Shown here piece after piece: positions 16,561 to 26,349 of a stretch of 36,562 nucleotides of DNA. Location of the stretch: positions 1 through 36,562 of the IMG/VR virus record IMGVR_UViG_3300024310_000019; one strand, given 5' to 3'. The position numbers and the translations under genes were made by a program. The notes under the pieces are model-generated. The model made no database searches, was not told where the DNA came from, and saw nothing but the letters and a program-made list of their open reading frames with translations. The DNA comes from a virus. Taxonomy: Duplodnaviria > Caudoviricetes. The stretch's first letter is position 1; each line of letters begins with the position of its first letter.

Positions 16561-17328
16561 CTAGTAAGCAAATCCGAATTGATTCATCTGATCAAAGTTT
16601 GGCATTCCCATGCCAGGATTTTGGCTAGCCCATTGAGGTACAGGGCCCATTCCACCGTTTCCACCACTACTTCCGGATCCCCGACCGCCCCACTGATTAT
16701 TAGCACCAGCCATTAAGGCATAAGGAAGAGTCCCAGCCATATAATCGCCAGCTCCGGGTTGCCCTTGTTGATAGACATTTTCATATGGACTAACGCCGAA
16801 ACCTTGCATCATATTGCTATAGGGTTGTTGAGCATATTGCAGTGCTTGAGGAAGAGCCTGCATCTGTAGTTGTCCTCTTAATGCACCAATATTCGTTGAT
16901 AGATTTGTACCGGCTTGCCCCAATGAGTTATAAAGAGCACTACTACTTCCTGCCCCTGCTCCAGTTCCCATGCCAGCAAATCTCTCAGCTATAGCGGGTA
17001 CAGTTTGCTGCTGAAATTGTTGCATAAGAGGCGCTTCAAACTGCTGGTATGCGCTTGGATCTCCAGAAAGTAGATTCTGTAAATACTGATTACCTGCTTG
17101 GTAAGTCTGGTTATTCTGTACAGGATTCTTCCAATATTGTTCAAAAGCCTGCTGTTGCTCAGGAGAAAATCGATTTACTTGTTTGAATTTGTCTTTCTTT
17201 CCTCCACCGAATAATCCAGACACTAAACCTGCAAGTCCACCTACCCCAGCACCTATCCAACCTCCCGGGGCTCCTGCGGCAGCTCCAGAAGCAGCGCCGG
17301 ATAAGGCTCCTGACCAATTTAATCCCAT
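16561..17328 (-). CDS. DNA transfer/pilot ejection protein (P22 gp7-like)
   Basis: G/A-rich hydrophobic N-terminus GAAAGAPGGWIGAGVGGLAGLVSGLFG; Q/G-rich body. Confidence 0.75.
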   Translation of the reverse strand: MGLNWSGALSGAASGAAAGAPGGWIGAGVGGLAGLVSGLFGGGKKDKFKQVNRFSPEQQQAFEQYWKNPVQNNQTYQAGNQYLQNLLSGDPSAYQQFEAPLMQQFQQQTVPAIAERFAGMGTGAGAGSSSALYNSLGQAGTNLSTNIGALRGQLQMQALPQALQYAQQPYSNMMQGFGVSPYENVYQQGQPGAGDYMAGTLPYALMAGANNQWGGRGSGSSGGNGGMGPVPQWASQNPGMGMPNFDQMNQFGFAY

Positions 17329-17335
17329 ATTTCAC

Positions 17336-17839
17336 CTAAGTTTTCAAATATTCTAGAGTAATATAACACTGCGTTAGTGGTGATCCAAAATTATTGTCTA
17401 TGTTTATGTTTGAATCGTCAAAGTTAATTTCTATGTTGTTATTGGTGGCTGACGCATATGGCAGAGGCAGATACTTAGGCCCTGAAACGGTTGCTGTTCC
17501 GTAAATCCTAGTAGGTATTGTAACTAGTGATATGCCATGAGGTATCGTAGTTAGCCCAGCAGGGATATTTCCACCGTTTATTTCCACCATATCGACAACT
17601 TTTCGGTAAGAATATCTAGTGGTTTTGGCTGCTGTAGGCTGGGACGTGCTAAACCATTGTTGGGCATTTAATATTTCACTCTTTTCGTATTGACCATTTT
17701 CCTTAACATTCAAAATTGAAGCTGTTAGCCGCTCACGTTGGCTAATAAGATTTTGAAATTTACTCTGGTCTTCAGGAAAATCGACTTCAGGAGGTAGATA
17801 AGACGATTGGCTATTAGGAGGTCCGTATCCGTATGTCAT
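17336..17839 (-). CDS. Tail-associated structural protein
   Basis: TIPHGI...RIYGTAT...CYITLEYLK beta-domain motif; follows the tail hub gene. Confidence 0.65.
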   Translation of the reverse strand: MTYGYGPPNSQSSYLPPEVDFPEDQSKFQNLISQRERLTASILNVKENGQYEKSEILNAQQWFSTSQPTAAKTTRYSYRKVVDMVEINGGNIPAGLTTIPHGISLVTIPTRIYGTATVSGPKYLPLPYASATNNNIEINFDDSNINIDNNFGSPLTQCYITLEYLKT

Positions 17840-20088
17840 CCTCTAATTCTCCCTTCTGGTCTAGTCCAGATAACAAGTCCTTGCAGTTCAAATTGTACAG
17901 GGGCCTTAATAGGATCTGTCAAAAGTAGAGGATCAAAACCTATAGTTAGAGAGTGCATCCGGGCAATAGCACCCAGGTAAACCCTGGTATACCAAGACTG
18001 TCCTATTGTATTGTTCCCTTTGTATACAACGCCTCCAGGAAGAAACGTTCCGCTAGTCGGTATGGGGATAGTAAATGTATTCGGATCTATTACGATGACA
18101 GGAGAAGAAGCATTATTCAGTGCAAATCCTAAATCCCCTACGATACCACCAAAAGTCGCCCATTCATTGGTTACAAGATTGTGGATATTCTGCGTCGTTA
18201 TTGTTGTAGGAGTTCCTACAATGATATTTGTTATAAAATTGGCCCCTCTTGCATACAGATCGACCTGTTTTGTGTATATCGGATCGGCACCATCATCTAC
18301 AAAATGCTGTACGGTGATTTGCCCTCCATACATAGTTGTGATATATAGGTCAGCATATGCTAGTCGACATCTCACACCTTTACTGATATAAGGATTAAAG
18401 TCCTTGGTTTCTATCGTGAAAGGGAAATAGGTTCCATTATCACTTGTTGGAGAACGCATAAACTCGAACATAGTGTAAATGTTGCCGTTGGCATCGCCAC
18501 CTAAGATAAAGGGAAAATTAGCATTAGCGCCTAGATCGAAGAATCTCCATTGATCGCTTGCTGAGCTATAATTCTCCCATGAATCAGCAGGAGGAACAGG
18601 ACCTGGGTTTATTAAAGTAGACCAAGTGATGTTATTATTAGTCCTGTAGGTGCCAAAAGTTCGCATCGGCACGGTGGGATTGAATATGAACCACTTCCTA
18701 GTCAGATAGTCATAGGCGTAGATCTGATTGGCAGCTGTCTGACCAATACTAGGGTATGTCCAATAGGCGAACTGCCTATAGTAGTCTCGAATTCCCTGTA
18801 CTCTAGTAAGTCCTGATAAGTTACCGTCGGTTGATTCTACAGCGAAAGAATCATCTGGTATCTCTTCGTCTATTCTACCTACATCATTAGTATCCGCTGC
18901 AATCCATCCATAACGGCTGAAAGCAAGAATCGAATCATCAAATGCTATATTGCTATAGGTGCTTTCTGCTCCGTATTGAGTGTTCAATCTTTCCCAAATG
19001 AATGGTAATATCTCGTTGCCTGTGTAACGAAGTCGCCAAGTAGACCGTTGGAAAAATACTATCAGGGTATCTTTTACAATATCTGCACTGACGATCTGCT
19101 GTGAGGTGTCGGCATCGATAAATCCTCCCCGTCCAGGGATATCACTACGCCAAGCGGCTCCATCATTGAAAAATCCTGCGGGTGGCACTCCACAACCCTG
19201 CGCAAATCCCCCTGAGGTGTACGTTAGTCCTGTAGTGTCTATTGGAACAGAAAATGTATTAACCGTTAGTACTGTTGCAACGGAAGTAGTTTCATTTATT
19301 TTTGGTCCCATTGTGCCTTTCACGCCGGTTAGATATACGCTCTGACCATTATAAAGACCGTGATTAGCCGATGTAACTACTGCCGGATTGGCTGCTGTTA
19401 TGTTGGAAATTGAGGTGGGCTGTCTATCTCCTGCGTATGGTGTGCCAATTTGCGTCCATCTGGCTCGAGATTGATATTGAACACCTGCTTCGAACGTGTT
19501 TAGAACTACAAGCCTGCCTTTGTAAGGCAATATGATTAAGGCGCCGTCCAAAGTAGTAGAACCGCTGACAATGGGCCAGTTGGTACTCCATCCCCCACTA
19601 ACGTTTAGAACTCCTGGCGTACCATTCCAATATTTTATATGGTCATTAGGTCCGGAGTTGGAAATATTGGGAAGGTTATTGGTAGACCATAGAGAATTTG
19701 CATAATTGGAAGTCCAGAAATAGTCGTTATCACCATTAGACCAATTGAAAGCAGTGCCGGCAGGGGTAGCTTGGTCTTGTTGAGCTACAAACGTGATATC
19801 GTTGAAAACAGCTCCACCAACATTATACAAATAGCTCTTGGTTTTGCTGTAAGCTATAAGACTTTCCCCTAGTGTAATGGGGTTGATAAACACCTTAAGA
19901 CCCTGCACAGGCTTGTCGGAGTTTGGTAAAGAGGCAAAAAATGTATATCCCTCACGCTTCCTTAGAGTTCCTCTCCACGCATAAGCATCTTGGATATTAG
20001 GAAAAGCTTCCTCGCCAATGAGCCAAGGCTTGTAATATTTGTTTAACCCTGACTTACTGAAGGGTGCAATTAATCTAGGCTCGTACAT
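17836..20088 (-). CDS. Tail hub/tubular protein B (P22 gp10-like) with two inserted FCCH-like domains
   Basis: 750 aa; GTLRKREG N-terminus, YKGRLVV propeller-type motif; ISNITAANPAVVTSANHGL and ITNIIVGTPTTITTQNIHNL inserts. Confidence 0.75.
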   Translation of the reverse strand: MYEPRLIAPFSKSGLNKYYKPWLIGEEAFPNIQDAYAWRGTLRKREGYTFFASLPNSDKPVQGLKVFINPITLGESLIAYSKTKSYLYNVGGAVFNDITFVAQQDQATPAGTAFNWSNGDNDYFWTSNYANSLWSTNNLPNISNSGPNDHIKYWNGTPGVLNVSGGWSTNWPIVSGSTTLDGALIILPYKGRLVVLNTFEAGVQYQSRARWTQIGTPYAGDRQPTSISNITAANPAVVTSANHGLYNGQSVYLTGVKGTMGPKINETTSVATVLTVNTFSVPIDTTGLTYTSGGFAQGCGVPPAGFFNDGAAWRSDIPGRGGFIDADTSQQIVSADIVKDTLIVFFQRSTWRLRYTGNEILPFIWERLNTQYGAESTYSNIAFDDSILAFSRYGWIAADTNDVGRIDEEIPDDSFAVESTDGNLSGLTRVQGIRDYYRQFAYWTYPSIGQTAANQIYAYDYLTRKWFIFNPTVPMRTFGTYRTNNNITWSTLINPGPVPPADSWENYSSASDQWRFFDLGANANFPFILGGDANGNIYTMFEFMRSPTSDNGTYFPFTIETKDFNPYISKGVRCRLAYADLYITTMYGGQITVQHFVDDGADPIYTKQVDLYARGANFITNIIVGTPTTITTQNIHNLVTNEWATFGGIVGDLGFALNNASSPVIVIDPNTFTIPIPTSGTFLPGGVVYKGNNTIGQSWYTRVYLGAIARMHSLTIGFDPLLLTDPIKAPVQFELQGLVIWTRPEGRIRG

Positions 20089-20729
20089 TAATTACCGACT
20101 GCCATCCAATTTATTTGAGAGATGTTGGATCCTCCACTATTTACACTTCCCCAAGAAAACTGTGTCTGATCGTTAGGCCCTGCAAAATCTATCCAAGGTA
20201 ATCTTGCCGGTGTAACACCATTGCTTTCGCAACCTGTGATAACTACGGAAAATTGAGCATTTGGGAATGGTAGGGGAAAATCTGTAGTTCCAGAAGAGGC
20301 AGTGACAGTGAAAAATCCGTATTGAAAAATTAGTCCTCCCGAGAGGAAACACCAGCCTCCTCTTTGGTTTGGAGCATTATAAAGCGTTTCCGTACCAAAT
20401 ATTGCAAAACCAGCGGCATTAGAAGGGACAGGCCCAGTAAATTGGACCCCAGCAAAAGAACTATTCTGCCTAATATATAAATTTCCTGCGTTGGCCCACA
20501 GTAAAGCATTTGTTCCGTCCCCTGGCATGGGTACGTTATTCGTAGCTCTGTTGTTAAACGAAACCTGTTTATGCCTTCCTTCGAAGCTTGCAGTGCTTAG
20601 ATCTCCGATAGCTATCTGATGGTCTTTGCCCAAAGTAGATACTAGGTAATCGAAATTAGCCTTCAATTGAGGTTGGCTCTGTGACCCTAGAATATCTCCC
20701 GGGTTTGGAATGCTTAAATACGTGGACAT
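20088..20729 (-). CDS. Short fibre protein with gp53-like C-terminal domain
   Basis: GWCFLSGGLIFQYG...FPLPFPNAQFSV...WMAVGN signature. Confidence 0.8.
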   Translation of the reverse strand: MSTYLSIPNPGDILGSQSQPQLKANFDYLVSTLGKDHQIAIGDLSTASFEGRHKQVSFNNRATNNVPMPGDGTNALLWANAGNLYIRQNSSFAGVQFTGPVPSNAAGFAIFGTETLYNAPNQRGGWCFLSGGLIFQYGFFTVTASSGTTDFPLPFPNAQFSVVITGCESNGVTPARLPWIDFAGPNDQTQFSWGSVNSGGSNISQINWMAVGN

Positions 20730-20735
20730 TTTACC

Positions 20736-21812
20736 TCAATAAATTGGGAACACTGGGAATTGTGGTGCTCCAGCTTGGCCTTGACTATATGCTGTTCTTA
20801 TTCGTTTACCGCCTAACTGCTTTAGGCATTTTCGTTGAGCTAATAGCTTCTGCTCTTCGAAATACTGCTTGTATTTAGCGGCCTCTTCGTGCTCTCCGTC
20901 TTCTATAAAAATCTTTATAGAAGCTCCATAGGCTATTAATTGCCACCATTCATTAAAAAGTGGCACATCTGTTAGTGTTCCATCAAATTGAGACTTGGTA
21001 CCGGCGTTAGTAGCGCTAGACATAGCCACAGTAGGCTGAAAATAACCCAGAAGTTTCACAGAATAAGTGTCATTAGGGATAGGCCTAAGGAATAGTTGCT
21101 GCTGAAAGAACATAATATCTCTAGGCCTAGAAGCAACATATGGATGGTAATGGCAAGAACTATTTGCGCCGTTAGGAGGCGCGTTGACATATGTTATAGA
21201 GCAAACACCTGTCAGGTAGTCTACAGTTCCAGTGCCACCTAGATTACCAGTTAGAGTTCCAGGATTAGTGAACTTCATATTCAACGGTTGGTCTAATAAA
21301 CCTGGTGTATCTTGATCTGTAAAAGTCTCAAACTGAGGACTAGGGTTGCCATCTAAATTAGGCTGTAAACCTATTACAACAGTCCCCTGTTGCACTGGAG
21401 TCTGCGTCAGGGTAAATGTGAAGGTGGTGTCAGTTCCATTTGGTATGAATAGGTTTTGGTTTATAAAGTTAAATTCAGGCCAAATCCCGTAAAACACATT
21501 TGGCTCCCCATCATAGAAACTAAACTCGTAGTTGTCTATGTATATTGGGGCCTCCAGCTGGTAAATATTCTGAGGGATGTTATAAGTCCCGACGTTTGGC
21601 AAAGTCGTAAATGTAAAGTAGTCTTTAAGCTTTAGTGTCCGTAGGTGCTCTGGGAAGTCGTATAAATAGAAGTCGTTTATGTAGTCGTCGATGCCTGCCG
21701 GGTTAGATATTGAATTCTCACCCGTACTGCTGTCCGGCAACTGCGTAACATCATACTTACCGGTAATCTTCCTGATAGAATACCTTAGCCTACTTAGATC
21801 CCAGACAGTCAT
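20736..21812 (-). CDS. Head-to-tail adaptor (tail tubular protein A-like)
   Basis: LRYSIRKIT...DDYIND...LFLRPIPN...WWQLIAYGAS adaptor pattern; internal GTVDYLTG...ITY beta insert. Confidence 0.75.
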   Translation of the reverse strand: MTVWDLSRLRYSIRKITGKYDVTQLPDSSTGENSISNPAGIDDYINDFYLYDFPEHLRTLKLKDYFTFTTLPNVGTYNIPQNIYQLEAPIYIDNYEFSFYDGEPNVFYGIWPEFNFINQNLFIPNGTDTTFTFTLTQTPVQQGTVVIGLQPNLDGNPSPQFETFTDQDTPGLLDQPLNMKFTNPGTLTGNLGGTGTVDYLTGVCSITYVNAPPNGANSSCHYHPYVASRPRDIMFFQQQLFLRPIPNDTYSVKLLGYFQPTVAMSSATNAGTKSQFDGTLTDVPLFNEWWQLIAYGASIKIFIEDGEHEEAAKYKQYFEEQKLLAQRKCLKQLGGKRIRTAYSQGQAGAPQFPVFPIY

Positions 21813-21817
21813 ATCGC

Positions 21818-22189
21818 CTACGCTACTTGTTCTACAATGAATTTATATCTTGCGGTTGTCTTACTAACCTTCTGGGGATTTCCCTGTTCATCTAGAGAAT
21901 AGTGATGCTGTTCATACATGCATCGCTCGTTAATATAGCGGGACACAGAGTAAGGGATGGTAACGCGCTCATTGTCATTGATCACTTTCTCGAAATACTG
22001 CATGCCTCTGTAGTATCGACCACAGATCTTTGCAGGCTGGCCAGGGCATTCGATATTTACGAAGGTTCCCACTACATTCTTCTCCTTGTCGGGAGTCATC
22101 GCCTCGATGGAGGTGATGTTCACAGGAGTTTTGTTTGCTATAGGGGAAATCAGAGGTGTCCTGAAATCCACGTTTTTAATCATTTTCAT
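21818..22189 (-). CDS. Hypothetical virion protein
   Basis: 123 aa in the structural operon. Confidence 0.7.
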   Translation of the reverse strand: MKMIKNVDFRTPLISPIANKTPVNITSIEAMTPDKEKNVVGTFVNIECPGQPAKICGRYYRGMQYFEKVINDNERVTIPYSVSRYINERCMYEQHHYSLDEQGNPQKVSKTTARYKFIVEQVA

Positions 22190-22196
22190 AGTTAAC

Positions 22197-22607
22197 CTAA
22201 AAGGGTTGATTCACTGTTGCTACGTTTGTCCACGCATCGTCTATCTTCGTTTCACATGTATGCGATTCGAATTGAGATGGGGTATTAAATATTGGGGTTG
22301 GCCCAGATCCCACAGGCAGAACCTCAGCGGTTTTGCCTTGATTGGTGGCTGCTATAAATTCTGGATAATTCGTGCTGTCCACATTCCATCCAGGGGGAAT
22401 CTGCGAATATTGCAGGCTGAACGTGGTTGTAGACAGCACGGTTATTATTAACAGTAGATTGTTTAATGGTGTCATACCGAATGCCTGGGGCACATGTAAC
22501 CTGACTACGTTTCCAGTAGACAAATTGTGTGCTGAAGCTGTAGTGACAACCGCTGGTTTAGCTTGCGTTATTCCAGTAATTGCCACTCGATTCGGTGTGT
22601 AACTCAT
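22197..22607 (-). CDS. FCCH-like (ubiquitin-activating E1 FCCH-type) domain virion protein
   Basis: ITGITQAKPAVVTTASAHNLSTGNVVRL...GMTPLNN...TTFSL. Confidence 0.75.
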   Translation of the reverse strand: MSYTPNRVAITGITQAKPAVVTTASAHNLSTGNVVRLHVPQAFGMTPLNNLLLIITVLSTTTFSLQYSQIPPGWNVDSTNYPEFIAATNQGKTAEVLPVGSGPTPIFNTPSQFESHTCETKIDDAWTNVATVNQPF

Positions 22608-23734
22608 TACACATCACCTCTCCATGCGACATACGAGATGATATCTCCCGCAGTTACTCCAATTACTGTGGCACTGGCAGCTTGTAAGATGCTGGAACCT
22701 ACAGTAAACCCTTGGAAAGCCTGATTATCGGTTGCGTCATCCAAAACGTCTACGTTGTAAGTAACTATTGGAGGACCTGATGCAACGGAAGGACCGGATC
22801 CCATGGGTATTAACATCGCAGGGCTGTAGGGTACACTAGTTATTCCAGCCACACCACTATTGAATGAAAAAGCTGTGAACGCTGAAGAATTCACAAATCT
22901 AATTCCGCCAAGAGTTACCTGATTACCGCTAACTGCTGAAACAATACCAACCAAACCATCAGCTTGGGTCATGCCAAAGTACCTTGGAACCCTTAGCCTA
23001 ACTTGTTGCCCAACGGTAAGATTGGTATTTGTACTTGTAGTAACTACTGCAGGATTAGCAGCAGAGATGAATACAATCTGAGCGTTTTGAGGGTAGTACA
23101 GAGCTGGAGTAGTAACCAACTGAACGCTAAATGTTTGTGCCCCATCAGTAAAGCTAGCTGTATTTAACCAATTTCCACTATTAGCTATAGTGAAAGTAGT
23201 GGATGTTGGAACTGTATCCACAGTAAAGAACATCCCACCCAGTGCAGGGTTCACCACACCTAGCGAAGCAGCACCTGTGCCTCTATTGGTAATTAGAACA
23301 GTAGAACCAGGAAATAACGATGCTGTTGAGGACAGTGTAAATGTCCCTGTTGCTTTAGTGATCGTGGTACCGTTTATCTTAGGACCCAGGACTAACTGCG
23401 TAGGTGAAGCAGCGGCACCATCGTAGGGTGAAATCCCGTTAGCTGTAACTATACTAGCTGTAGAAACAGGCACGTTAGCTATAGACGCTGCTGGGGCTTG
23501 TGCCTCAACTAATGTCAACCCTGTCGAGAAATCATTGTTCCATGTCCCTCTATAAAACAGGTAATTCGCTCCAGGATTTATCAGAGGAGTACCTGATACC
23601 ATAGATAAAAGGGCTGTCTTATCAATAATCTCAACTTTTGTAGGTATGAAACCTAGGTTGATATTGACTTGAGCAGGTAAGGTTGCAGGTACTGTAAAAG
23701 TATTCTGTACCATGAAGTGTTCGGCGAAAGGCAT
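22607..23734 (-). CDS. Capsid decoration-type protein with FCCH-like domains
   Basis: INLGFIPTKVEI N-terminus and ISYVAW C-terminus; ISAANPAVVTT...LTVGQQVRL insert; immediately after the capsid gene. Confidence 0.65.
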   Translation of the reverse strand: MPFAEHFMVQNTFTVPATLPAQVNINLGFIPTKVEIIDKTALLSMVSGTPLINPGANYLFYRGTWNNDFSTGLTLVEAQAPAASIANVPVSTASIVTANGISPYDGAAASPTQLVLGPKINGTTITKATGTFTLSSTASLFPGSTVLITNRGTGAASLGVVNPALGGMFFTVDTVPTSTTFTIANSGNWLNTASFTDGAQTFSVQLVTTPALYYPQNAQIVFISAANPAVVTTSTNTNLTVGQQVRLRVPRYFGMTQADGLVGIVSAVSGNQVTLGGIRFVNSSAFTAFSFNSGVAGITSVPYSPAMLIPMGSGPSVASGPPIVTYNVDVLDDATDNQAFQGFTVGSSILQAASATVIGVTAGDIISYVAWRGDV

Positions 23735-23745
23735 ATTTACTCCTC

Positions 23746-24696
23746 CTATGAGTGGGTTGCGCGTAGGTTAAATATCCAAGCATCATTCAAAATGCGAGGT
23801 ACCTGAGCCATTTTAAATGCACCCAACTGCAACCTTCTAAGAGGGTCTGTAGGACCACCTGGAGGTGTGTAAATAAACGATGAAGTCGCTGTAGTTAGCT
23901 CCACAATGGCATATGCTTCTTGCCCGGTAATGAATACGTTATAAACTGTATTCCCGTTCAAAGATGCTCCTGTTGTGGTGCTTCCTCTTGAGCTATACAA
24001 GAATCTAACGTTACCAACGGAACCCCATTCGGAATTCAATACATTCATGTTGCTAGGATATTGTGCTTGTGATATAAATCCAGTAACAGCTTCTAAATCA
24101 TCTAAGATACCAGTATTCATCATAGCCCAGAAAGCTTCACGAACTGGCGCAGTTCCAAACTTCAAACTACCTTCTATATTATCTGAGATCATAATGGCAT
24201 CGTTTCCTAACAATGCTAAAACTACAGCATCTATATCAGGCCTTGATAGTTCTGTTGGGTTGTCTCCATTAGTCCCACCAGTACAGTTTATCACTGAGCT
24301 AGTAGAAGCTAGCATGTTTCTTATTAATTCATCCTCTGTTTCTCTCATTGACTGAGCTAGAAGACTTACTGTTTGGTTAAGAACTGGGTCCTGATTTATG
24401 AACATAACTTGATCTGTTATGGTAACGTAAGTACCATACCAATCAAGCCTTGCATCAATATCAGTGGCATTCAATACCTGCCCAGGAGGGGTCAACCCAC
24501 TATCTGGTAATGGCACTGTAGCGGTTTGTAAGTTAGTATAGCGACGATATCTCACGATTCGGCCGCTATTAGGGGGAAGTTCCTTCTTCATAGCCATTTG
24601 CTTATGAATAAGCTTAGGCATTGGCCTAGACAGCAATACGTTGTCAAACCATTGCTGTACTGGCGCTGGAAGGCTGTTTGTTGTGGTAATTGTCAT
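23746..24696 (-). CDS. Major capsid protein (N4-gp56 family, HK97 fold)
   Basis: LPPNSGRIVRYRRY, GLTPPG, WYGTYVTITD, EWGSVGNVRF, DPLRR...KM...ILNDAWI. Confidence 0.92.
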   Translation of the reverse strand: MTITTTNSLPAPVQQWFDNVLLSRPMPKLIHKQMAMKKELPPNSGRIVRYRRYTNLQTATVPLPDSGLTPPGQVLNATDIDARLDWYGTYVTITDQVMFINQDPVLNQTVSLLAQSMRETEDELIRNMLASTSSVINCTGGTNGDNPTELSRPDIDAVVLALLGNDAIMISDNIEGSLKFGTAPVREAFWAMMNTGILDDLEAVTGFISQAQYPSNMNVLNSEWGSVGNVRFLYSSRGSTTTGASLNGNTVYNVFITGQEAYAIVELTTATSSFIYTPPGGPTDPLRRLQLGAFKMAQVPRILNDAWIFNLRATHS

Positions 24697-24706
24697 TTAA
24701 ACCTCT

Positions 24707-25426
24707 TCAAGCACCCCTAGCATACCTCTGGGATTGCTCATAGATTGTCCTAGCATCAGAAGGATTTCTTGGGTCTAGTTTAGAAAACTGATCTGCTTGA
24801 CTACGTAAAGGGCTACCAACTGCCGAAGAACTTACAGGGCGATTAGCATTTTTCAATACTTTTTCTGCTCTGGCAGTAGATGGCTGCTTAGACATAGTTT
24901 CTCCATAGTTATCTGACATCTTTCCAAGTAAATATGCTGTCTCTGCTGGGTTCTTAGAGTTTTTCACCTGTATTGCTAGAGCTGGATTATTCTTTATCAA
25001 GGGTACAGCAAAGTTATCTACGACATAGTCATAGTCATCGTGTTTTGCTCGCAAACGCTGTTCATCTACCTGTATCTTCTGTTGTGTCATGTAGTCATCC
25101 ATTAACCTGGATGCTTCTTCTTTAGCGGTTTTAGCCGCTAGTTTCTGGGCTAAAGCTTTAGCCTGACCAACAGTTAAATAATCCCCAGGGTCTAGCTCTG
25201 AAAACTCATCAGGCTCTTCAGCAGGGGCATTTTTTTGCCCTACTCTAGATTCAAGTTCTTCAATCTTCTGTTTCTGAAATTGAAGAACCTGTCTGACTTG
25301 TTCCCAGTTGCGATCGGCATCATTCTTCTGAGTTTGTTGGGATACCTCTTCAGAAGATTCGACTTGTATTTCTTGCTGATCCTGTACAGGTTCTATTTCC
25401 TGCACTTCTTCTATTTCTTGTGTCAT
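24707..25426 (-). CDS. Scaffolding protein
   Basis: Acidic N-terminus, coiled coil, NPAETAYLLGK; directly upstream of the capsid gene; SD AGGAGG. Confidence 0.85.
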   Translation of the reverse strand: MTQEIEEVQEIEPVQDQQEIQVESSEEVSQQTQKNDADRNWEQVRQVLQFQKQKIEELESRVGQKNAPAEEPDEFSELDPGDYLTVGQAKALAQKLAAKTAKEEASRLMDDYMTQQKIQVDEQRLRAKHDDYDYVVDNFAVPLIKNNPALAIQVKNSKNPAETAYLLGKMSDNYGETMSKQPSTARAEKVLKNANRPVSSSAVGSPLRSQADQFSKLDPRNPSDARTIYEQSQRYARGA

Positions 25427-25496
25427 ATTCCTCCTACGCTAGGCGACAGCGCTATACGCCCTAATATTTTTACGCCCATAAGTCGGCGGCACTTTA
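25427..25496 (-). promoter_or_regulatory. Structured leader of the scaffold gene (candidate translational operator)
   Basis: GC-rich intergenic with two GGGCGTA copies pairing with CGCC; CCTA-GCG-TAGG hairpin overlaps the SD. Confidence 0.5.
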
Positions 25497-25901
25497 CTAT
25501 GATGGCAATAAGTCATCGTAGTGGTATCTAATTCCCGCTTTGTTTATTGATGCTATTGTCTCTGGAACAGGCTCATTTTTGCCTCCTACTGACCACGTTG
25601 GCCAATCTCCTGGCAATGCCCATTCTAAAGTTAGCTTCCCTTCTTCTGGGTTTACTCCAAAAAGCATGCACGACAGCATCATAGGTGGTTTTTGAGCCAT
25701 GATCATGATTACTTGTCGTATCTCTCTGGGGTTTTGCCAATTGGGTTTAGCGTGAACACAGATGTAGTACGATTCACCCCTAAAAGGTTTGCTGTTGATG
25801 ATATTTTCTATCTTCTTCATCAACCCTCTGGTCATCGCCTCTCTAGTTTCACCTAGTTCTTGCCCAGATGTTTCATAGGGCACTTGAATGTGCACGGTCA
25901 T
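25497..25901 (-). CDS. Hypothetical protein
   Basis: 134 aa; TGATG coupling to the His-rich gene. Confidence 0.75.
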   Translation of the reverse strand: MTVHIQVPYETSGQELGETREAMTRGLMKKIENIINSKPFRGESYYICVHAKPNWQNPREIRQVIMIMAQKPPMMLSCMLFGVNPEEGKLTLEWALPGDWPTWSVGGKNEPVPETIASINKAGIRYHYDDLLPS

Positions 25902-26257
25902 CAGGCTATCTTCGTGAATTTTTCTCTAGAAAGTTTCTTCGCATCTCTGCTCAAAATTTCATTCTGGTGCTTGAGATACGCATTACCTCTCATGTGATGT
26001 TCTGGGAAACCCCCATGAGACATCTCATGATCCGAATGGTAACCTTTATCATAGTGGTGAGCGCCTTCCATCATTGGAGGTCCCCTGTCGGGATTGCCAT
26101 GTGGTTCGTGTTCACTATGATGTGCATGGTGAGAATGGTGAGAATGATGATGGCCATGTACACTATGGTGTGTACTATGATGTTCGTGATGGCCATGATG
26201 AGCATGGTGAGCATGGTGTTTTCCATGCTTATGGTGATGCTCTTTTTTATGGTGCAT
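25901..26257 (-). CDS. Histidine-rich protein
   Basis: 38 His in 118 aa by manual count; SD AGGAGG; coupled to the downstream gene. Confidence 0.85.
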   Translation of the reverse strand: MHHKKEHHHKHGKHHAHHAHHGHHEHHSTHHSVHGHHHSHHSHHAHHSEHEPHGNPDRGPPMMEGAHHYDKGYHSDHEMSHGGFPEHHMRGNAYLKHQNEILSRDAKKLSREKFTKIA

Positions 26258-26272
26258 AACTCCTCCTGTATC

Positions 26273-26328
26273 AAAGAAAACAGTTTTCTTTACACTCCAG
26301 GAGTACAGTAGAACGATAAGTTAGTCAA
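26273..26328 (-). promoter_or_regulatory. Head-operon promoter with perfect palindrome
   Basis: TTGACT(26328)-N17-TACTCC (weak -10); AAAGAAAAC-A-GTTTTCTTT at 26273-26291. Confidence 0.55.
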
Positions 26329-26349
26329 TGATTTTTTAATTTGAAGTTT

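Noticed and set aside
23735-23748. Capsid stop readthrough into the decoration gene
   Set aside because: TAG is followed in frame by GAG GAG TAA; the downstream gene has its own SD
6882-24355. Many + strand ORFs (e.g. 12041-12937, 23975-24355)
   Set aside because: Antisense shadows of G/A/T-rich structural genes, lacking RBS or motifs
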